In this document: positions 36,348 to 46,160 of the stretch, in pieces
How the letters are laid out: each line of letters begins with the position of its first letter
Numbering within the stretch: the first letter of the stretch is position 1
Assembly: GCF_003704095.1 (NCBI RefSeq)
Contig: NW_020847410.1
Coordinates: 124,001-188,000, forward strand
DNA length: 64,000 nucleotides
Reading direction: 5' to 3'
From: Pocillopora damicornis
Taxonomy: Eukaryota
The notes under the pieces: generated by a model
What the model saw: the letters and a program-made list of their open reading frames with translations, nothing else
What the model was told of the DNA's origin: nothing
The model's database searches: none
Translations under genes and position numbers: made by a program

Positions 36348-37607
36348 TAGAGTAGGTACATGTATTTTATGTGCACCAGAGATTATGAACTGAGAAGTTT
36401 ACAATCTCTTGACGCGCATCAAATGTATTTTTAGACAAAATTTCGCTGCTTCGTAGGCCCTGCGTATCTAGCGCGATGTATATACCTTCTCCTCTCGAGT
36501 CTGAAGTTCAAAGGTTTTAGCCCTGGCCACTTTAACTTAATTTTGTCTTTCTTTTTCTCGTCTTTTCTTATTCTCTTTTTTTTTTCCCTTTCAATTGAAA
36601 TTCTTCTTCAAAGGATGTGTTAGACATGTGCAGAGTAAAATGCACATGTGAGAACGTTTGACGACGTAGCTTTCACATTGAAATCGATGAAACAAAAATG
36701 AATCTGTAGAAACCCGATCAGATTCGTTCAACTATGGCCAGAGTTGGAGCTGAACCATATCAGAAGAGTGGTTACGAGTGTCTCACGATAGTCCGCTATT
36801 TTGGAAACCGTGAGGGGTTTGGCGAAGGTTCGCGGACTTGCACGACACCGTTACATAATGCTAACGGCCTTCCCGGAAGGAAGGCACAGCAGTCACAAAA
36901 ACAAAAGCCAAAAAGGTAAGAACTAAATACCTCGTACTACTGCAAGACTGAAATAGAAATAATAATAAAACAATAGTGACCATGGTGATACTAATGATTG
37001 TCATGGTAACTGGGCGATCACCATTTGCATCAAGACAGATCAACCAATAAAGTAGTTTCTAGTTTCAAAAACATAACTTAAACGGTTTTGTGCTTTTATG
37101 AGGATGTGTTGAATAAGGTGTTTTGAGAATATGATAATGAGGTTTGGCTTTGTGACACTACCTTGATACCAGTGCTCTTTGCTCGTCAGCCCAGCTAACG
37201 GCATCAAACCAAGTGTGATTATTTTGAATAACACAGGGTTTAACAAACTTAAGGTAAATTTCAGAATTTGTAGGGAGAGGAACCCGAGGACTTAAGTTGT
37301 AGGTAGGTTAACCAGGGCTTTGATATTTTTTAAATTGTTATTTTGCGCATTCGGCGAAGAGGGAGCCATTTATTATTATCCATGCTCGGAAAGATCACCT
37401 AAATTTAAACTGAAATTTCACACAGTAGATTTCATTTTGTCGTGTTTGCAAGCAGCTTCTGTTACATGCACTCAGTTTGCATCCTCATCCTCTAAAAGCA
37501 TTATTTACTGCACTTCGTGATTATGGTAATTATAAGAGTTGAACAATCGATTCTATATTCCCTTGATTGTGATCTTGTTTCACGCTCAGATTAGTGAACA
37601 GTCTACA

Positions 37608-37766
37608 ATGGCGTTTGTGGAAATTTTAATCTTCGCTATGGTTTTAGCTGGAAGTACTACAACGATTGTGACTCTTTTTACACATTGTAATGGCGGCCAC
37701 GATGGAGAGAAGCACAGAAAATTAACACCGGAAGGAGAGACGACTTCAAAAAACAGATATGTATGA
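37608..37766 (+). CDS. Candidate 52-aa single-pass membrane micropeptide
   Basis: MAFVEILIFAMVLAGSTTTIVTLFTHCNGGHDGEKHRKLTPEGETTSKNRYV*; ACAATGG start context, pyrimidine-rich AG acceptor ~18 nt upstream, AATAAA at ~37916. Confidence 0.4.
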   Translation: MAFVEILIFAMVLAGSTTTIVTLFTHCNGGHDGEKHRKLTPEGETTSKNRYV

Positions 37767-39704
37767 AGTGGCAAGGCTTGTCAAGATTTGTACCGGACTG
37801 AACTGATCTTTATAATCGCATACTCACAAGGGAAGCTTGTTACAAATGGCGAAAACTCATTGGGTTTTGTGGATTGCAGTAAAACCATTTTATGAATTTC
37901 ATTTCCTCAGGCCAGAATAAATTTACATACCGGCCTTGAGCTGTGGTTGCCAGTGAAACCAAGATTATTGTCCAAATATTAGTTGATAATTTCTTAATTA
38001 ATATACATCATTCTATCATTTACCTTGTATTTAAGGCCGTATAAGAATACAGAAACGTTTTTTGCTCGTGGAGAATTGAGAGTGGTTAATGTATTTGCCC
38101 AAACGCCTTTTAAGGTACGTTTTGGTTAAGTTTCCAGGGAAACCAGTCTTGCCTTAAAGCATTTAGGCAAAATTTATTCAGGAGAAGCCAGAATGATGGG
38201 CGCACATTCAACTCGCGTCACAAAAGCAGAGATATAGTTTTACGGTTATCTTTAATGAAAGACGTTATCTCGGAGTTCTCTCACAAGAAAGTTTGTACCA
38301 AAAAGAAGAATAGAAGTGAGTATTTGGAGGAAAATTTAGTTGATTGAACAACAGTAATTCATGCAGTTATACTCGCGTTCGTCTGCAGGAAATGAAATGG
38401 AACATTTCATCTAACACAAAGAGGGAATAGTCCAGACCATTCTAAGCGATTTATTACACAATTTTAACCAATCACTGTTTATTGAACACATTGAAGACTT
38501 TACCCGTCAGTAGGTCAAAAAAGCAAACGATTTTGATGGGGAGAGATTAATCATTTCTTAAGTGAATATTCAAATCCTAATTTACATATGTAACAGACAG
38601 GGGTCCTTTTGACAAACTCTTTGAATCTATTTATATGCCTTAACTTTAGTGTTTCTTATCAAAGGGGAAATTGAAATTCGCATCTGTTGCTTAATTTTTG
38701 ATGCGGAATCGCTTTATGAAATCCGCCGCATACTGACTCCAGTAGCTCGAATCCTGCGTTACATGTGTCTTGTGTTATCGAAACACTGACCGATGAGGGG
38801 CGATGTGTTGTTGTGCTTTGTTTTTTTAGATAGACTTTGGTGGCATAATTGATGAGTCTTTCGTCTTTGTCTGAACTAAATTTAGCTCATATCAGTGGAA
38901 ATAATTACAAAGTTTAATGTAACTTTTCAAGGTAGCAAACACTCCAAATCAAAGTTATTGATAAAGGAACTTATGAAGTATATTGGCAAGGACACCTTAA
39001 AACTGAACGATCGGCGGTAAATCCACTTTATCCACACTTCATGCGTATGGCTTTGTGATGTGATCAGTTGTGTGTGACGTTCATGCACGGTTGTCAGTTT
39101 TTTGTCAGCTTTTATTTCTGGCGATGATGCAATGTTAAAAAAAAATGGGGGAAGGGGGAGTGTTTTGGAATTTAGAGTTTCCCGATGCAAAGCCCCCTCT
39201 CTGAATATCGGACTATACGGCTATAACTGTTCTAGAAAACCACATGGAAATTTCCTTCTCGTTTTCAACCAGCCTTTGTTGTTTTTTTCAATGTCCTAAT
39301 TAATTCAAATTTTATCCATTCGACAACGCCAATATGATTGCTAAGTTACGTCAAGACGAGGAAAACACTACTCATCATAAAAAAAAATTTTTAACACCCT
39401 CGGAGGTTCTTAATAAGAATCCCCACACCTTGTTTGTTCGATCTGTTGGCTCTGCGCGGCCGGTTCCACTGTCTCATCGTTTCCTTACTGAACGCCTGAG
39501 AGAGGCTCAAATTTTTTTTCACCCAGAAACGATCGTATGAATTTCGATCTTGCAAAGGGTCTTTACACCTCTGCATCACCAACATACGTTCACTCTGCTC
39601 CTCCATTCGTTATGTCATATGCCATTAACATTAAGTATGAAGGCCTTATAAACTTACTGTTTTTTTTCTCAATACGTTTTGTCTACTAGTCCACTGCTAC
39701 AGTC

Positions 39705-39833
39705 ATGCTGGTGTTTGAATCAATTCTGATTGGTGTCTGTACAATGATTGGTGCGCTGGCTGCAGTACTGGCCGTCTCCCATTGGAAATGTAGAAAATCT
39801 AATAACAAGGAGGGAACCCGAAAGAAAGAGTGA
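39705..39833 (+). CDS. Candidate 42-aa single-pass membrane micropeptide
   Basis: MLVFESILIGVCTMIGALAAVLAVSHWKCRKSNNKEGTRKKE*; acceptor-like TTTTGTCTACTAG just upstream; below the ORF-track length cutoff. Confidence 0.4.
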   Translation: MLVFESILIGVCTMIGALAAVLAVSHWKCRKSNNKEGTRKKE

Positions 39834-41004
39834 TACAAGAAAATTTTTGGTACTCGTATAGGAACATTATTTGAGAAGCTTTTGTAATTATATCTATCTT
39901 AATTTTTGATTCCACCATGCAGACTACTGGACAAATAACAAGCGATTTCATCCGCGTTTCATTTAAGACCACCGGTTACTTGGAGGGTGAAACACCTTGG
40001 AGTTAAACATTCCAGAATTTGATCAGCCTTAAAGTTTTCTTTAACCACAAGCGTCACATGGAAACACATGAGCTAATTTGTTTGGGGCGATATGAAAGAA
40101 CAAATTTACCTTGCTGATATTGTACATAGCTTGCTATCCATCATAGACCAATAACTGTAAAACTACGAAATCATTTAATCAAGTAAAGTTTGCCTTATGT
40201 CAGATTAGAAATTAATTGATGTCTTTGATTGGGATAGATCTGTAAATCTGGAACCATTTTGGTTTCCTAAACAGAGAGGAAGATCTGCCGGCGACCATTG
40301 GTTAAATAATATATTTATTTCACCATTTCTTAAACTTTCAAGAGGCAAATACCACAAATGGCAAACGATATTATATTGTTATGCTTCCTCTGACTCTCTA
40401 TACTCTGGTTGGTTTCTTTATTTACCATTAACATCTTCACAACCTTACAGTTTGGAGGACTAGCTCCCACAAAGGTGATAATAATAAGGCTCTCGATCCT
40501 TGACCATCGTCCATTGTGCATCTTCACACTTAACTATAACGAATCACGTTTAGTTACAAAAAGTGGGCCTTGCAAACTTGGCATTTCCTTCGAGATGTTG
40601 ACTCTTTACGAAGTTATTTTTCTATACCAATTACGATGGAACAAAACAAAAGCAAGATTGACTATTAAAATAAAAATTTAGGGACCCTACGGATGAAATA
40701 AGAACCACATTTAACAGGAGATCTGCAGAGAAAATAACCTTTACAGACTGTTACATAAAAATATCTAAGATAGGTATAAAAACCAGAGAAGAAAGGGTTT
40801 ATCTAAGGTAACGCCTTTCTTATAAATTGCCGAGCTATATGCTCTTCAAACAAGTTACCTGATTATAAATTCATTGCGGATAATAAATGCTTGGAGTTGT
40901 CTACACGCATAGTCCCTTTGAAGGAAGAGGCGTCAAACGTGCTAAAATTGAAAAGAACAGAGTTATTTCCTGATCGTTAATTTGACACGGTACGGTATTG
41001 TTTG

Positions 41005-41503
41005 TGTAGGTAATCAAATGATTTCGTGTGAATTTGGAATAAATAAGCAAGAGAAAATTTTTCAAAGACTAACAAAATTGCACTACGGGCTCGTGCAATT
41101 CGTGGTCTTTGAAAAAAAATTTACAAGTGCTCCAAATTGCACGAGAAAATCATGTGATTACGTATTAATAATAATCATCAAAAAAATATGAGATAGCTCA
41201 TCAAAATTATGCAGAAGCAAAGTGCGCGCATCGAGTGGAAAAACAATTTATTCAAACCCTGCAAGTGGCATTGTGCGTTCGGTCAAAACAACCGCGTACG
41301 ATCAAAATAATAATATGCGATGATACTTTCACACATTTAAGGCGCAATAAAGTTCAAAGTCCGGCTAAACAGTTCAAGGAATTGTTCACTGGGGTTTGTT
41401 ACTTCTTTGCACTGAATTTACCCTCTTCTGCTTTGAATTACGTGAAAACTGCATTTATCTTAACCAATCAGAACTGAGTAATTTTTTCATGTATCTTATT
41501 AGG
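41005..41503. mobile_element. Interspersed repeat (MITE-like) supplying the end of ORF 41468..41977
   Basis: Ends in TAACCAATCAGAACTGAGTAATTTTTTCATGTATCTTATTAG, a terminus type I recall from coral repeats; boundaries approximate. Confidence 0.5.
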
Positions 41504-42351
41504 ACGATAAATGACTACTTTAAACGCAGGAGGTATTAAGAATGATGGAAACTTACTCATAAACATGTAAAAAGTCTCTGCATGATCCCTGCGGGCGCCG
41601 AAAGGTTTGAGTCTGTTATGATCATTAGACAGATGGTTAATTTGAACGAGGTCGTCGAGTAGTTCCCTTGGAACACAAAGTTTTGAGGTTCGCTTCCTTG
41701 CTATTAATTTTTCGGTTTCATACTCGTGACAAAACGAACCACGATTGAACCTCGCTAATTGTGCTCCTTCGCGTTCAGGATGATAATGTATGAGCATACA
41801 CCATTCAAATTCATTTGAATTTGGGATTTTGCGCCTCAGATCGCCGGGAACTGAAACACCCAACCATGTGTTGATTTCCTCCCCTGTTCTCCTTTGATGC
41901 GAAGTATCACAGTTCCGTCCGAGAATCTCATAACTGAAAATAGAGCAAAATAACTGATAAGCTTCATTAGCACTCAAAACTGATCAAGAAAACATGTAAT
42001 AGGCCTACTTAAGAAGTTATTATTTTACCCGTATTTCTCTGCATCTAAAGTTTTCGTCCTTTGATAAGTTATCAAGATGAACGAATCGATCCGAGTCACT
42101 CAGCTGACACCTGAATCTGTTTTTGCTGTTCTTTTCTGCTTCAGAGTTATAGAACTTACATCGCGGTTCCTCCAAACACTCAAACTGACAAGATATTTCT
42201 GAATCTACTTCTGTTTTGGTAATCAAGCTTGTAATTAGCCTTAATTTCTGCTGTATCCTTAACATATAGTTAACAGCTTCCAGGCTGAGCTCTGATTTAC
42301 GACTAATCCCATATACAAACTTACCTTAAGGAGTAAGCATAGCAGATTCAT
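41468..42351 (-). pseudogene. Degenerate signal peptide-PAN gene followed by an unknown ~160-aa open segment
   Basis: ISCQFECLEEPRCKFYN...CQLSDSDRF is paralogous to the PAN exons at 22100/24060. The putative signal MNLLCLLLKVSLYMGLV is out of frame with the PAN part, and the donor after 42029 does not match the phase of the acceptor before 41979. Confidence 0.6.
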
Positions 42352-42827
42352 GCTCTGTTCGTTAACAGTGAGACGGTTTAAATAAAATACTGCCTTGTTT
42401 TAAGTTAAACATGTTTCTCATAGTTAAACAGCGCGCGGGGCTGTAAGGGTTATACGATAGTGTGTGCCAAGTTTGTCGAGGGCTTGGTTAGAAAACTAGT
42501 GACTTTTTAAGATATCTATTGAAGACGTCCATACCGGAACCCGAAAAAAATCTGACATAAACCTTCAGCAAATAATCAAAGTATTTCGTAATATAATCGT
42601 TAATAAGAAAGTCTGGTCTTAGCAAGGCAAATGTAAGATGCAGGCGCATTTTTGTTCTACCCTACATGCATAATGTTGAGATCAGGAATGTGAACCACAG
42701 TCTAATTCCTCTAATTAGCTGTGTATCGGCTATGGAAAGGAAGCTAGCGCTAAGGTCATTATCAGGATGACGTTTGTGAGAAGCACCGGTTATGTAAACT
42801 ATCCTGCGTAATCATTCCTGCGATTGA

Positions 42828-42841
42828 ATAAAGGAAGTAAA

Positions 42842-42878
<37 letters not shown>

Positions 42879-42982
42879 TATAGCAGGTAATTTAGTGTTA
42901 ACAACTGAGCTGATAACGTAAATTGGCCACTGTAAAGAGTTTAAAGGCTAAAGTTTCGAGCGTTAGTCCTTCGTTAGAGCGA
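42828..42982 (-). mobile_element. Penelope-type terminal repeat fragment with degenerate hammerhead motif
   Basis: Reverse complement CTAACGAAGGACTAACGCTCGAAACTTTAG...TTTACGTTATCAGCTCAGTTG...; same family as 44153-44500. Confidence 0.6.
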
Positions 42983-43743
42983 TCATTTGTTTAAGTATCC
43001 TGTCGAATATTAAACACCGCCGAACTGCAAAACATTTTTCTGCCTGTTGATGATGGAGCATGGCCGATCAAACGCGAGCTGGAGCTGGAATAATCATCAA
43101 CTAAATGCATCACTAAATATAACAATTTAAAGGTAGCTATAATACTCTCAGTCTTTAGGTTCAATATTGGGGAACTCCACTCTGACTGTTTGAGAAATGT
43201 TTGAAAGTCAGCGGATGTAATGCTTACATCATTTTTATCCTACCTTTTCTCATAATTTTATTTGTTGTTTCTTTGGAGTATGACTCAGGTAATATTTATC
43301 TCCACATAGAGTAGTAAAATACCATTTTACGAGACCTGTTTTACAGATATCATTTTTTTGCCTCACTCTTCTCTCGCGCTTTTTCCCGCTTGTTACAAAA
43401 CGTCCTCTCATCGCATCCCTTCCCTCTCCCTCTCGTTTCATAAAAAAATTAGGCCTTTCATGCTGGTTTCATTTACTAGTAACTCCGACGGAATCATCTT
43501 TACGTACAATAATATCAGATAGGGAATTCATAAGATCATCTGATTGCTACAGTTTTCTTTAAGAGACATTTGGTATTCTCTTGTTTCCTTATAATAATCT
43601 TAGTTGACATGTTTTTTCTAAAGATTATCTAACAATTTTAGATTTATTCTACAATATTCACCTATCGGGTCTCATGATAATCTTAATTGACATGTTTTGC
43701 TAAAGATTAACTGACAATCTTAGATTTATTCTACAATGTTCAC

Positions 43744-44001
43744 CTATACGGCAACTTTCATTTCAGAGCGAGGATAGAGTATTCTTTTGTAAAGGCTACT
43801 TTGGAAGGAATCTACAAATTCCACTGTCAATTTCTCCACCGAGGCGCGTACCACAGCAAATCCTCCTAATCTTAAGTACTCAGCCCAGAAAAACAGCGAG
43901 CTTCCTTGTGGTACTTTGTCTTTGTTCGGGGTGCTTTTCCACAAAAAGTCGCCAGCTCCAATGACGAAATATTCAACGGAGGAATTCTGTTCTTTCAGGT
44001 G
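43744..44001 (-). CDS. Second (distal) copy of the ACP5 terminal exon; candidate alternative last exon
   Basis: CTCCAG|CACCTGAAA acceptor, phase 0; HLKEQNSSVEYFVIGAG...KVPQGSSLFFWAE...GGFAVV...SSLYKRILYPR...*; intact and paralogous to 46161-46409. Confidence 0.8.
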   Translation of the reverse strand, partial: HLKEQNSSVEYFVIGAGDFLWKSTPNKDKVPQGSSLFFWAEYLRLGGFAVVRASVEKLTVEFVDSFQSSLYKRILYPRSEMKVAV

Positions 44002-44152
44002 CTGGAGGTTGCCATTGCGTCATAGATTTTGAAAAGAATAAACAGAAGGAAAGAGAAGTAATTCAAATGGTTAGCGAAAGGGTTATAAGTGGTGATTACC
44101 TACATCTAACACTTGTTATTATTGTTACCAACCTAACATATAAGTATGTCTG

Positions 44153-44500
44153 AGTAATTTAGTATTATCAACTGAGTTGATAACGTAAAATGGCCATCGT
44201 AAAGAGTTTTAAGCTGACGTTTCGTGCGTTAGCCCTTCATAAGAGCGAATGACAAAGGGCTAACGCTCGAAACGTCAGCTTTAAAACTGTTTACGATTGC
44301 CAATTTACGTTATCAACTCAGTTTATAATACTAAATTACCCTATTTTTTTTCTGATGAAGGGCTAACGCTCGCAAGGTCAGCTTTTAAGCTCTGTACGGT
44401 GGCCAATTTACGTTATCAGCTCAGTTGATAATAATTTATTATCCTGTTATACTCTCCCACCTAAGCAGCACCGCAGTTTCTTTGGAAACTTATCCCCTTT
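44153..44500. mobile_element. Head-to-head plus tandem Penelope-type repeats with minimal hammerhead-like motifs
   Basis: ~190-bp palindrome 44153-44341 centred on two inverted ...GAAGGGCTAACGCTCGAAACGTCAGC units; a third unit starts CTGATGAAGGGCTAACGCTC at 44352. Confidence 0.7.
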
Positions 44501-45046
44501 ATCTATAATCAAGTATGGACTACTATGAACTTTAGGGAGCAAAGAGAAGTTTAATACTAACTGTCGGGTTCATGTTAGTGAGGTTGCGACTCATCGCGCA
44601 CGGGTATTTTCCTTTGCCCGAAAACCTTTCTGTGTAATCAGGACTGGCGAAATTTATAGGTAAAAATGTGTTTTTTTTCTTATTCATCTGTTGCATAAGA
44701 CCATGGGATTTTCGAAGTGGCCCCCGAAGGATTTATAGACTGGACGCTTTAGTCAAGGGACAGCCCGACTTATCACCTGCGCCCAGAGAAAGAGTCCCTT
44801 CTTTCGTATCGCCTTACAAACTAGGTATTCACACATTCCCTTAAGTAGTAAATTCCCTTAACGAACGTGCTCACTGCTTCTCAGTTGTGTCCACCTATAA
44901 GAGCTTTACTTGAATCGATCGTTTCGTTAGTTTTGGTGATATTCACACAAGCGAATATTTTGTAAATAGAGAAATCGAGATCCCTTTCTTTTAGCACCCA
45001 CGACAATCAAAAGGAGTAATACATTTAAATTTCGAGGTAATGTTGG

Positions 45047-45120
45047 TGATGATCATTATGATAATGATGATGATGGTGACGATAATGAGTGGTTATGATA
45101 ACGATAATGATGATGACGAC
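45047..45120. repeat. Degenerate (GAT)n microsatellite
   Basis: gatgatcattatgataatgatgatgatggtgacgataatg... Confidence 0.75.
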
Positions 45121-46160
45121 AGGGGTGCGAAAGAGACGTCGAAGCGGAAAGAAGAAGAGAGAGTGAGGAGGACGATGATGTTAGATGCTCGTAAGGCCTG
45201 TCCACGAGGCGCATAATTGCCGCAGCGTGACTCTGTTTCTACATCATGAAGCGATTTGGCCTGAATACTCATATTCTCCATGGATGACGTGTTGGTTTAC
45301 CCCTGGCACACTTCACCCAAACCATTTTAGAGAAGTACCATGCGAGCTTTGTCCTCTGTAGGGTAATGTAACAGCATTGCTTAATACGCAGAGCTAACAC
45401 GATTGAACCTGAAGGAGATCAACACGGATTGACTTCCGCATTTGGCACAAGGCTAAAGCGTCTCCCAATTCAACTTAAAATAGATATAGCAAAATCTAAT
45501 CATCTACTTTATGGGATAAAAAGTCATTAACTGTCTTTCTGAAAAGAGTTATTCCTACAAAATTACAATACATCTGCAACACGTGCAATGGAAAGGTAAG
45601 AGAAATTGTTTTGGACCAACAGACCCAGTGACTCAGAATACTGATAGGCAATGGAAAAAGGCAGAGAAAGGAGTACCTCTAACAGAGTAGTCAGCTTTGC
45701 AGGTTAGACATAGGTAAAGTAAACGACGATGCAATTATTTCCGTTCCTTGGTTTACCTCCGAGTAGTTTGTTAAAAAGATTAAGGTACTAAAAAGTTGCT
45801 AAGCTCGTTACCATGTCTCTCTTCATTCCGCCCAACGGAGTGCGTATAGAAGAGAAGGCTTGGTATTAAAGTTGGGAAATTTTATACTGATCAAAAGATT
45901 TTTCATTTCTAAAATTGAAAAGTCAAAAGGGTGCAGACGGGAATACTTCGAAAAGATTAAGATGAAATGTAGATAGTTAAACTAGAAAACCTCATTCAGT
46001 CGTAGATTTCCACGACAACACACACAAAAAACCTATTTAACTCATAAAACCAAACAGATAAGGTACTGCGACGCTTTGATTTAAACAAACATTGCGAGAC
46101 ACAAAATAATTTGCGTGAAACGAACTGACAGGACAAAGGGTACAGAGCGGAGCGTAATAA

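Noticed and set aside
36871-36892. CCGGAAGGAAG motif like bacterial SRP RNA helix 8, and the hairpin TGCTCCGAAACGGAGCA at ~63811 like eukaryotic SRP
   Set aside because: Matches are only ~11-12 nt and the flanking SRP stems are absent.
38848-38875. TGATGA...CTGA C/D-box-like segment
   Set aside because: Too short, no terminal stem or second box pair, and no evident host intron.
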